The notes below the pieces were generated by a model, which worked only from the letters and a program-made list of their open reading frames with translations, made no database searches and was not told the origin of the DNA. DNA of 64,000 nucleotides, from the IMG/VR virus record IMGVR_UViG_3300047553_000365, positions 64,001 through 128,000 of that record; one strand, written 5' to 3'. This document shows, piece after piece, positions 54,356 to 63,307 of this stretch. Position 1 is the stretch's first letter. Each line of letters starts with the position of its first letter. The position numbers and the translations under genes are program-made. The stretch comes from a virus.

Positions 54356-56163
54356 TATTCTTCAACGATTTCTATTCTATTAACTATACCATTTGGACGA
54401 TATATGTAGGGGAATTTAAAGAACTCTAATGTCTTAGTCTGTGTTACAAGTGTTTCGTCCACTCCTTCAAACATTGGATTCCACATAATGAATGATAATC
54501 CGTTGATAACACTACCATCAGTATTTTCAGTTCTCAAACTAGTTATACCATCTATGCTTAAAATGTCTGTGGTGATTTTTGAAATATCAATTGTCTGTCC
54601 TAACTTAACATTAAGAGGGCTGAAGTAGGTCTTGATCTTATCGATGACTTGTTTCTTCAACTGTTCCTTGTTTTTCTTGTTGTTTTTGTCTCTGACGATT
54701 ACTAATTTGCTGTTCTTATAAACATCCTTAGTTTTGTCAGTATCACTATATCCAATATCGAGTGCCATATAGATAGGATCTCTTGGAACAACTTCATTGC
54801 TAATCATTTTCTTATCCTTAGTGATATCTTTGATTAGTGTCTTATAGCTGTTGCTAACGAAGTCTGGATAATCCTCATCAACAGTTATATTGAATGTTGG
54901 GACACAAAATACATTGACATTATTAAAGTCGCAAGAGTCCGCATAGTTGACTTGGTTTAAAATCACTCTATTAACCTTATTTGGATCTACGCAAATATCA
55001 TAGAAGTATTGAATGTAGCTAGAAATAAACACATCGTTGGATACCACACGAACATCATTCAATGCATTGGGGATACTCTTCTTAAAGAATCTCTCATAGT
55101 CTTCCTCAGTAACCAAACGAAGTTGTGATGATAGAAATACTGGTGTATTACTTCTGATGCTTTCAATACTCTCCGCATCTTGAATAAGAGTGGAGTTTGT
55201 GGGATTGGAAAATGATAGGAATGTGCTGTATGCCTGATCGATAATGGTTCCTGCTCCCACATCACGAACATCGTTATAAATCTGACTAAATGTTGAGTTG
55301 TTGTATAGGAAAAGTTTATTACCATCCACGGCTCCCTTACTAATCAATCCTCTATCACCATCACTCAAAATATAAAATACGGAAACTTCATCAGCAGTGT
55401 TTAATTTCTTACCAAACACGCCATTACCGAATTTGATTTCATAATGACCATTTTCATTGAGTCTAAGATCATATACTCTATCGGTTCCCTTGGTTAAAAA
55501 TAGAGTATCCACTTCTTCATACTCTTTCCAAGTTCCTGAATCGGCTTCTTTAACATATACGCTGATAGAACCGTGAGAGATGAATTTCTTGTTATTTGAA
55601 TCGACCAAATTATCTACAACCACAGGAAATGTTTCATATTCATCTCCAAGGGCGGTATATGTTGGATATTGACCAACGGTTCCTTGGAACAACACAACCT
55701 GATCGTTTAGAGTTTGAATAGCTTCCACACCACTTCCAACTTTCTCAAATGAGAAGTCTTTCATGAAGGTGTATTGAACGTTATCTACTAAAAAGTAACT
55801 ATACTTTCTGATAACATAGCTACCTGTGGCCAATCCATCCGATGCTTCACATGAGATGGGACATAAGGATGTTTGTCTACCTGTAGGTTTGTAACCCAGA
55901 AGTTTTACAATCTTGTTCATGTTCTCATAGATGGTTGCCTGAGAGAACATTGTTTCCGAAGATGTTTGGTTTAAATAAAAGAGAAGAACGTGGGTGTAAT
56001 ATGCCAAAATACTAATAATTGATGACATGTTACTACCTTCATAATTCTGGTCAGTAAATTTACCAGTTTTATTAAGTTGGTCAATCATGTAGGCTTTCAA
56101 TGAAAGCGCATCGAAATTGACATAAGCATTATTCGGTAGGTTATACTCTAAATTATCGTTCAC
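54355..56163 (-). CDS. Baseplate wedge protein (gp6-like)
   Basis: FTDQNYEGSNMS, YEIKFGNGVFGK, ESIESIRSN..RLVTEEDY motifs. Confidence 0.88.
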   Translation of the reverse strand: MNDNLEYNLPNNAYVNFDALSLKAYMIDQLNKTGKFTDQNYEGSNMSSIISILAYYTHVLLFYLNQTSSETMFSQATIYENMNKIVKLLGYKPTGRQTSLCPISCEASDGLATGSYVIRKYSYFLVDNVQYTFMKDFSFEKVGSGVEAIQTLNDQVVLFQGTVGQYPTYTALGDEYETFPVVVDNLVDSNNKKFISHGSISVYVKEADSGTWKEYEEVDTLFLTKGTDRVYDLRLNENGHYEIKFGNGVFGKKLNTADEVSVFYILSDGDRGLISKGAVDGNKLFLYNNSTFSQIYNDVRDVGAGTIIDQAYSTFLSFSNPTNSTLIQDAESIESIRSNTPVFLSSQLRLVTEEDYERFFKKSIPNALNDVRVVSNDVFISSYIQYFYDICVDPNKVNRVILNQVNYADSCDFNNVNVFCVPTFNITVDEDYPDFVSNSYKTLIKDITKDKKMISNEVVPRDPIYMALDIGYSDTDKTKDVYKNSKLVIVRDKNNKKNKEQLKKQVIDKIKTYFSPLNVKLGQTIDISKITTDILSIDGITSLRTENTDGSVINGLSFIMWNPMFEGVDETLVTQTKTLEFFKFPYIYRPNGIVNRIEIVEE

Positions 56164-56177
56164 AAATATATTTAGGA

Positions 56178-56663
56178 TTATGGGAGCGAATAACCAGCAG
56201 AATTCAACTCAGATTTTATAGATAATCCATATACCCCCAAGGATGGGACGTTTATCTTCATCTGAATATAGATGGTATTGTTGTCTTCATCGCCATCCAC
56301 CAGAACCTCCTCTACCTCAACCCTAGGTTCGTGTCTGGGAAGTTTTGACTTAATATTATCAGTAATAATATCGATAATGAAGTCATTAATGGGTTCAAAG
56401 AGGTATTGTCTTAAATCGATTCCATAGGTAGGATTTAGCACCTTATCCCCCGGTTGGGTAGTAAATGCGGATATAATGCTGTTTTTAACGGCCTCAATAT
56501 CGTAAATTGCCACCAAATCCTTTAAAGGTTTGCTTTTATTAAGATCTCTATTTATGTAAACATTCTGGTTAATATCCAGTTGAATATCCTTATACAGATA
56601 GTCCTTCTTCAGAGTTTGCTCCGTCAAGGCTACAGGTTTTAGGGATTTTATCTTAATACTCAC
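56178..56663 (-). CDS. Baseplate wedge protein gp25-like
   Basis: LYKDI, AVKNSI..FTT.PG.KVLNPTYG.DL and EPRV motifs. Confidence 0.88.
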   Translation of the reverse strand: MSIKIKSLKPVALTEQTLKKDYLYKDIQLDINQNVYINRDLNKSKPLKDLVAIYDIEAVKNSIISAFTTQPGDKVLNPTYGIDLRQYLFEPINDFIIDIITDNIKSKLPRHEPRVEVEEVLVDGDEDNNTIYIQMKINVPSLGVYGLSIKSELNSAGYSLP

Positions 56664-56737
56664 AAAATTATTTATCTATATGACCCCCATAAACCGAAAA
56701 ATACCAAATAATCCGGGTTGTTTTATTAAATATAGAC

Positions 56738-57304
56738 ATGGGAAAAAAATTTGATGCAATTTACGAGGCTGTAATCTCCAGATATAATGTAGGAGGTTAT
56801 CTTCCGGGTGATATTATTAAGTTCAGACCTGACTATAAATCTTCTGAAACTTATAAAGCTATGCCTTCCTTGATGAAACAGGAATTGGATGAACTGGCAA
56901 ACAGTGGTCTAAACATTAAAGTGGTTCAAATCGGAACCAGAGTAGACAACCACTCCATTTCGGTAAATCCTAAGCTTGCTAACGATGTTGTTATTACAAT
57001 CGCAGGGGATCACGGTGGTAGACACTTTGGAACGATTGCAGTTGCTCCTGACATGATCGATCTTGAAGATCCTAACAATCCCACTCCAAAGGTTCCTGAC
57101 CAATTTAAGTGGGATGACAGCAAGTATACTAAATTTGAAGCTGAAGAGTATAAGCCAGATGAAAAGAACATCACCCGTGTTACTGACAAGGGAAATGGTA
57201 AAAATACTCCAACTCAATTAAAATTAGCAGGGGAATCCGTAAGAATTACCCGTGATAATGAAAAGATGGCAGAGTTATACGAAAAAACTCTAAATCAAGC
57301 ATAA
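56738..57304 (+). CDS. Hypothetical late protein (possible internal head protein)
   Basis: TAAATA-N5-ATG start; KFDAIYE leader. Confidence 0.65.
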   Translation: MGKKFDAIYEAVISRYNVGGYLPGDIIKFRPDYKSSETYKAMPSLMKQELDELANSGLNIKVVQIGTRVDNHSISVNPKLANDVVITIAGDHGGRHFGTIAVAPDMIDLEDPNNPTPKVPDQFKWDDSKYTKFEAEEYKPDEKNITRVTDKGNGKNTPTQLKLAGESVRITRDNEKMAELYEKTLNQA

Positions 57305-58218
57305 TCTTCTAGAGAAAGAATACAGGCAAAGAAATTAATCTCTTTATCTGCAACTCTAGTAGTTTTATCTAAATAATCGGCTATGGTGATTACCATAGCC
57401 TTTTTATTGGCATCCTCAATCCTTTGAACATACACATAGTTTAAAAGATTGGTCAAAAGCTGATCCCAATCAGAGTTAAATAGGGCATCATTCTCAATAA
57501 GATACTTTCTAGTATCTAATCCTTTTTTACTCTTTAAGTTTTTCCAAATCAGGTTAAGAAGTTCGTCAGTAGATTCCTTCTTGACCAGTTTAAACACTCC
57601 CCCCACACAGTTCTTGGACAATTCCCCGATACACTTACGAAGATCGGGAAAATTCTGTTTAACAAGGTCAACAACCTGTTGTGCTTGTTCCTTATTGATC
57701 TTGATGCCTTCCTTGTCTAATATATGTAAGCATCTACCAACGGCACTTCTTAAATCAGGTCTAAGATCCAAACTTTGACACCTAGACTGAAGGGCAGTAC
57801 TAATCTTGTGCCTATGATTGCCAGTTAGAATGAATCTTGCGGTATTGGCATAAGATTCCATCAGATTTCTAAGGCATTTTTGTCCATCAATGGTCAACCC
57901 GTCTGCCTCATCCAAAATCACCACTTTTAGATTACCATCCAAACTCTTAGTTTGAACAAATCCTGTAACTTTGTTGCGAATGGTATCAATACCATTTTCA
58001 TCAGATGCGTTGATATACAAAAAGTCACATTTCAGTAAATCTTCCACCAAAATTCTAGAAAGAGTGGTTTTTCCAACTCCTGCGTGACCTATCAAAAGCA
58101 AATGGGGAATATCATCTCCCCATCCAACTATTAACCCCTTAATATCGTCAGAAATGCAAAGATCCTCAAGGGTTTTTGGGCGATATTTTTCAATCCAGAG
58201 ATTTTTATACTGTGTCAT
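57295..58218 (-). CDS. Sliding clamp loader subunit (gp44 / RFC small-like)
   Basis: LWIEKYRP, GHAGVGKTT, INASDENGID, ILDEAD and ALQSRC motifs. Confidence 0.92.
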   Translation of the reverse strand: MTQYKNLWIEKYRPKTLEDLCISDDIKGLIVGWGDDIPHLLLIGHAGVGKTTLSRILVEDLLKCDFLYINASDENGIDTIRNKVTGFVQTKSLDGNLKVVILDEADGLTIDGQKCLRNLMESYANTARFILTGNHRHKISTALQSRCQSLDLRPDLRSAVGRCLHILDKEGIKINKEQAQQVVDLVKQNFPDLRKCIGELSKNCVGGVFKLVKKESTDELLNLIWKNLKSKKGLDTRKYLIENDALFNSDWDQLLTNLLNYVYVQRIEDANKKAMVITIADYLDKTTRVADKEINFFACILSLEDYA

Positions 58219-58949
58219 CCTTCAAGGAATATATCACAGTTTGCGCGTTTGTCAAGGGCGCGAATAAACTCTGCACACTCTAGCAAATCGTCATGATTAC
58301 CACAGTCAAACCAGACTCCTCCAAACTCCACAGCATCCACATAATCTGTTTCATCTAGTTCTCTAATTAAATCAACGATTTCCAGTTCTTTTCTGCTAGA
58401 TGGTTTGAGTTTCTTTGCAATCTCAACCACCTTATTGTTAAAGGTATACAGCCCTACAATTGCTTGATCGCTGATGAAATCTTTAGGCTTTTCAACGATC
58501 TGATCTATTCTACCCCACTCGTTGAAAGTCACCACACCGTATGCAGATGGATTTTTAACCTTATATGTCACGATGGTATTAGGCATACAAAACTTATATA
58601 TTTCATCATCCAGTAAGAACACATTATCCCCCAGAATTAGAGTAACATCATCATCACCTATAAACTCTTCTCCTAAAATAAATGCTTCGGGAAGACCATT
58701 TGGATTCTCTTGAACTATAAATTGAATGTTGACCCCAAAATTCTTACCCTCAAAATAATGTTTAAATAGATTTAATTGTTCATTCGATGCCACAATTATT
58801 AATATATCCTTAATACCCATCTTTATTAAGGTTTTTAATGGATAATAAATCATGGGTTGTTTATAAACAGGTAATAACTGTTTACTGATACCGTAAGTCA
58901 ATGGATATAAACGACTTCCCTTTCCTCCTGCTAAAATAATGCCTTTCAT
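58215..58949 (-). CDS. rmlA: Glucose-1-phosphate thymidylyltransferase
   Basis: KGIILAGGKGSRLYPLT..SKQLLPVYKQPMIYYPL, LILGDN, IVEKP, ELEI and WFDCG motifs. Confidence 0.95.
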   Translation of the reverse strand: MKGIILAGGKGSRLYPLTYGISKQLLPVYKQPMIYYPLKTLIKMGIKDILIIVASNEQLNLFKHYFEGKNFGVNIQFIVQENPNGLPEAFILGEEFIGDDDVTLILGDNVFLLDDEIYKFCMPNTIVTYKVKNPSAYGVVTFNEWGRIDQIVEKPKDFISDQAIVGLYTFNNKVVEIAKKLKPSSRKELEIVDLIRELDETDYVDAVEFGGVWFDCGNHDDLLECAEFIRALDKRANCDIFLEG

Positions 58950-59818
58950 AATGAATTATTGTAATCACACACCATCTTCAGAATTTCTTCTTCGGTATGT
59001 AAACAATATATAGCATTGGCCTTTGAATTATCAAGTACACAATTGCTTCGGGGAGCAGCTATTTTCAACTCTTCAATGTTTACCCAATTTGGGTCTAGTT
59101 TTGGCCAGTTTCCCTTATTATTCTCATTAAGAATTTCAATCACTCTTTTTGTGGTAAGAGGTTCGCCATTTACCACATTATAGATGATCTGTCCTGTGGC
59201 ATATAGTTTGGTTTGAAGTAATTTACCAATGAATTCACACAGATCAGGAACATAGGTCTTAGAATTTAGAAAGTCCACTAGATTTGGATATTTCATAATC
59301 TTTGTCAGATAATTTCTACCACTATTAAGATCATTACATATAGGCATTCTTAATCTTATCACTTCCACTCTCATGTGTTTAGATCCTAGTTCATAAGCAT
59401 GTTTACTTTTACTGTAAAATGAACTATAATCAAACAATCCAAAGTTTGGATCGTCTTTTTCCGTAAACTTCTTATCGTAACCAGTAAAAATACACCCTGA
59501 AGAGATGTGAATGTAACGAACACCAATACTGTTACACATGGAAGTAATTCTTAGGGGAGAATTTACATTTAACTCCCAACATTCAGCCTTTCTAGATTCA
59601 GCTTCATCCACATTAGGTCTTCCTGTGAAGCCTGAACAGTTAATAACAGTTTCTATCTGGTTCTTACAAAGATAATACCTCAACGCATGAACATCGTGAT
59701 AATTAAGATCGGAACTACCCACAATCTCCACATCACAGGATTGTTTTAAAAAGTTATATAAATGATTTCCTATATAACCTTTACCCAGAATTAGTATCTT
59801 ACTTGGACAGTTCTTCAT
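58946..59818 (-). CDS. NDP-4-keto-6-deoxyglucose 3,5-epimerase/4-reductase (NRS/ER-type, RmlD superfamily)
   Basis: ILILGKGYIG, INCSGFTGRPNVD, HISSGCIF, SFYSKSK, LRMPI and PRSNCVLD motifs. Confidence 0.8.
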   Translation of the reverse strand: MKNCPSKILILGKGYIGNHLYNFLKQSCDVEIVGSSDLNYHDVHALRYYLCKNQIETVINCSGFTGRPNVDEAESRKAECWELNVNSPLRITSMCNSIGVRYIHISSGCIFTGYDKKFTEKDDPNFGLFDYSSFYSKSKHAYELGSKHMRVEVIRLRMPICNDLNSGRNYLTKIMKYPNLVDFLNSKTYVPDLCEFIGKLLQTKLYATGQIIYNVVNGEPLTTKRVIEILNENNKGNWPKLDPNWVNIEELKIAAPRSNCVLDNSKANAIYCLHTEEEILKMVCDYNNSL

Positions 59819-60014
59819 TTAAATAGTCCTTAATATCATTAATAGACATTGTATTATTATATTCGATAAACTCTAAAAGAGCCTCACAAAATTGGGAACC
59901 CATATAAGATAGCTCCTCATCCTCCGTAGAATCTAGGTAATCCCTAATACTATAGGCACAATCCATAAGAGCTTCTTCCTTTTCCACTAGCTTTTTTAAT
60001 ATTTTTGCGTTCAT
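59799..60014 (-). CDS. Hypothetical acidic protein
   Basis: 71 aa, first gene of the epimerase/reductase-rmlA-gp44 run. Confidence 0.65.
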   Translation of the reverse strand: MNAKILKKLVEKEEALMDCAYSIRDYLDSTEDEELSYMGSQFCEALLEFIEYNNTMSINDIKDYLNEELSK

Positions 60015-60130
60015 TTTCTTTTATTTACTCCAACTTTCCATTTTGCAACTTTTATTTAAGAGCCTTGACAATTTTTGATAAAATCAATCAAATACATTGA
60101 TGTGGAGTGCTACCTTTCTAAATAATAGTA

Positions 60131-62800
60131 ATGGCATTCTCATTACAATTAGGCTTCCCAGAGGTTCCAAAATCTATCACCAATCCTAGCGTAGACAAAA
60201 AAGACGCATTGGATGTTGGAACCCCGTTTGCATTCCTAGATTTCATTAAGATCATTAATACCTCTTTCTCCCCTGATAGTTTACAGAATTATTACAACGC
60301 TTATTTAACAGATTGGAATAATTACAACAAAAGTAAGGGGGATTCTGAAAAAGACCTTATTGTAAGTAAGTATAAGGAATTCCTTAAGGATATTGTTCTA
60401 AAACACACCACCCTTGAAGAGAAGGAATTCCTTTCCAAGATTGATTTTGATGATCCTTTGGACTTGGAGATAGCCTTGGGATTCTATAGCAGAAAATTAA
60501 AGGAACTGTGTCTCTTTTATAACAATAAGAGAAACAATGCTAAGTTTCGTATAACTGCCAATAAGATGAAGGGAACCAACTATGGTTCGGAAATAACCAT
60601 AAAAGAGTTGGTCCTCTCATATATCGACAACATCGAAGAAAGCCAAATCTACATCGATTTGGATTCCGTCAAAGCCAATCTTGAAATTGAAATTGAAGAA
60701 CTTTACGATATTCACCCCCTATACTTTAATCAAGAACCAGATGAAACGGTTTACGATAATAAGGATCTGGATTATGGGTTAAACATCTTTTTAAAGGATA
60801 ATGCCACTCTCATCAATGAAGTATTTTCTGGATTTTCGGAAGATCTTAAAAGAATCAAAGAAGTTGACGAGCTTTTTGATAATAAGAGAAAACTTACAGA
60901 AAAATACATGGGAACCAGTTTCTATTACCTATCCACAGGTTCTACAGGAACTACCTTCCTCTCAGGTAAGTTGTTTGACAATCAAAACACCATTAAGAAT
61001 TTCATAAACAGAAATTATCCAACTACTGCATCAACCACAAGGGATAGTTTTGAAAATAGAATGGAGCGTGGGTTCTTCAGACCTATTAATACTTCATTTG
61101 TGATGATTGATGGGGTCAATAAAGAGTATGTAATCAATTCCAGAAATCTTGAACCAAACTCTCTTTACTTCTTTCCAGATCCAAAAATATTTGGCAACAA
61201 TCTACCAATATTCCAATTCGTAGTCGATGATTCCAAATTAAAAAGAAACACAAGTTCTGGAATAAGTAAGAACCATCCAAATAGTAGTAAGTTTGATACA
61301 AAATACTATGGTTACACATCTAGATTGGACCCAAATGTTAGGAAATATCTAAACTCTATCTTTAACTCTGGATATGTCGCAGATTTCAAAAAGGACATAT
61401 ATGGAAACTCTTACGGACTATTCAAAGATGGGTTTGATAGATACTTTGTCAATGTTGATGCAAACTCTCCTCCAACTTACAATCTAGTATTTAATGGGTA
61501 TGAGTTCTTCGATGAATTTTATAATGAGGGTTATAATTTCAACTACTTCACTGAAGATGATGTAACTTATTCTGAAACTATTAGAAGTGGTCTTTCCACA
61601 AACACAGGATTCTTCACCACAGCCGATGTTGATCTATTTCTATCATTCGGTAAGTTTGATCCATACTATCCCATCATTCCTGCAACAGAAGCACATCTGT
61701 TAAAGACCGAAAGATTTATAGATGCTGGATTTATACTTAAACCAAACCTATCAGCATATGCAGATCCCGTATCTTCTGATCTATCAGCATTTGAACTATC
61801 AACTGATGAGTTTTATTATACTACCCTTCTGGAAGGAGGAGTCAATGCTATCAGTCCTCTTCAAAGAGCATTACTTGATCCTCTCTACCCATCTCTAACT
61901 GCAAACTTCTTAACCTTCCCAAAAACAAGTGCCTTTGGAGTTATTGATTGTGGATCATTCTACGATAACCTTCAAAGTTTCGGAGTAACACAGAACAGTC
62001 TCTATATTGACGATATGGATGGCAACAGTTCTACTAGACTAATACCACAATCCACCTATAATGCTCTTGAGGGAGATATATACATTAAGAATTCTTATGA
62101 CAAGTCGATTCTTCCTCTTCTCAGCGCATTGCCATACCTTACTGATAGACACTCCGTTGCTATCGTCAATGAGTTGAGTGGTGGTATTAGAAAGTTTGAG
62201 GTCATTTATGACAACATGATAATTGAAACTGATAATTATCTTGTTATTGAAAAGATTAACTTCGCTGATGGTCAATTCAAAGAACCAATCGTTGGGTCTA
62301 AGAGTTATACCCACAATATCGACAACTTCAACAAAATCTCAAACAGATTTAAAGTTGATAATAGTGTCTATTACTGCACAGTATCGGCAACAGGGTCGTT
62401 TATAGATGGAGATTTCCGAGTCTTTCCAAAAATCTATAAATTCGATCCTATCAACTTCAAGAACTATCTATTGTTCCCAACAGCAACAACAAATCTTGAA
62501 TATTTTACATTGACTGGTGAATTGGTGGAATACATTGCAGCAGATACTCCTAAGTTGACATACTCAAAGGTGAATAATGTTTTCAATATATCTCTTGTTC
62601 TAAAAGACCATAACTACTTTCCAAAGATTGTGTCTTACGATTGGATACTCAATCCCGATGTGGAATTTATAGATAAGCGTGGATTGGATCTATCCAATAT
62701 CAAGACAACTAACACCTTCCTGTCATCCTTTGCCTCAACGTTGACAATATTCCTATCGTCTAATGGTACACAAATCGTAAATGAGGAGATTGTAATATGA
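60131..62800 (+). CDS. Large virion structural protein (baseplate/fibre-associated?)
   Basis: 889 aa; TAAATA-N6-ATG start; S/T/aromatic-rich like neighbouring structural genes. Confidence 0.65.
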   Translation: MAFSLQLGFPEVPKSITNPSVDKKDALDVGTPFAFLDFIKIINTSFSPDSLQNYYNAYLTDWNNYNKSKGDSEKDLIVSKYKEFLKDIVLKHTTLEEKEFLSKIDFDDPLDLEIALGFYSRKLKELCLFYNNKRNNAKFRITANKMKGTNYGSEITIKELVLSYIDNIEESQIYIDLDSVKANLEIEIEELYDIHPLYFNQEPDETVYDNKDLDYGLNIFLKDNATLINEVFSGFSEDLKRIKEVDELFDNKRKLTEKYMGTSFYYLSTGSTGTTFLSGKLFDNQNTIKNFINRNYPTTASTTRDSFENRMERGFFRPINTSFVMIDGVNKEYVINSRNLEPNSLYFFPDPKIFGNNLPIFQFVVDDSKLKRNTSSGISKNHPNSSKFDTKYYGYTSRLDPNVRKYLNSIFNSGYVADFKKDIYGNSYGLFKDGFDRYFVNVDANSPPTYNLVFNGYEFFDEFYNEGYNFNYFTEDDVTYSETIRSGLSTNTGFFTTADVDLFLSFGKFDPYYPIIPATEAHLLKTERFIDAGFILKPNLSAYADPVSSDLSAFELSTDEFYYTTLLEGGVNAISPLQRALLDPLYPSLTANFLTFPKTSAFGVIDCGSFYDNLQSFGVTQNSLYIDDMDGNSSTRLIPQSTYNALEGDIYIKNSYDKSILPLLSALPYLTDRHSVAIVNELSGGIRKFEVIYDNMIIETDNYLVIEKINFADGQFKEPIVGSKSYTHNIDNFNKISNRFKVDNSVYYCTVSATGSFIDGDFRVFPKIYKFDPINFKNYLLFPTATTNLEYFTLTGELVEYIAADTPKLTYSKVNNVFNISLVLKDHNYFPKIVSYDWILNPDVEFIDKRGLDLSNIKTTNTFLSSFASTLTIFLSSNGTQIVNEEIVI

Positions 62801-63303
62801 ACACCTATACTATAACACTATCATCTAACTCTACATCATATTCCACCACACTTTCAACCCAAAATGTGGAGGATGTAACAAATGTTATTTTAAATTTTGA
62901 AAATATATATCAAGAGATAATTCCAACCCAAATCGTGATAGATTGGGGTAATGGAAATGTGCAGACTATTGAAAATGACCCCTACAGAGTTCTTTTAAGA
63001 ACTGAAGTTAATGTGTTTAGTCGTTTTCCGATTACAAGCACTACCCAAAGCCAAGTCCTATACCCATCTGAAACAAAATTATATAAGACATTTAATATTC
63101 AAGTCATAGTTATCTATTCTGACTACAATTACTCATATTTCAACATACCAGTAAGTTTACGTTCTGGAGACTTCTTTGAAACCATCCAAGACCTTAAAAT
63201 TCAAGATGTTGTCATACTTCCAGAGGATAATAACCCCAAAAACTACATTTTTAAGGGTTCGATAGATAATCAAATTTTCGAAATGAATAACCTAGATAAA
63301 TAA
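62797..63303 (+). CDS. Hypothetical structural protein
   Basis: ATGA overlap; IDWGNG PKD-like motif. Confidence 0.65.
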   Translation: MNTYTITLSSNSTSYSTTLSTQNVEDVTNVILNFENIYQEIIPTQIVIDWGNGNVQTIENDPYRVLLRTEVNVFSRFPITSTTQSQVLYPSETKLYKTFNIQVIVIYSDYNYSYFNIPVSLRSGDFFETIQDLKIQDVVILPEDNNPKNYIFKGSIDNQIFEMNNLDK

Positions 63304-63307
63304 TATT

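Larger units (their letters stand above)
30329..63302. promoter_or_regulatory. Family of 23 T4-late-type TAAATA promoter cores located 5-8 nt before start codons
   Basis: Minus-strand sites: 30329, 33718, 36336, 38255, 38995, 40374, 41014, 43343, 43964, 44615, 48409, 50222, 56169, 56669, 60022. Plus-strand sites: 31412, 50231, 50506, 51130, 51459, 56727, 60119, 63297. Spacer is 5 nt in 15, 6 nt in 3, 7 nt in 4 and 8 nt in 1. Confidence 0.8.
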
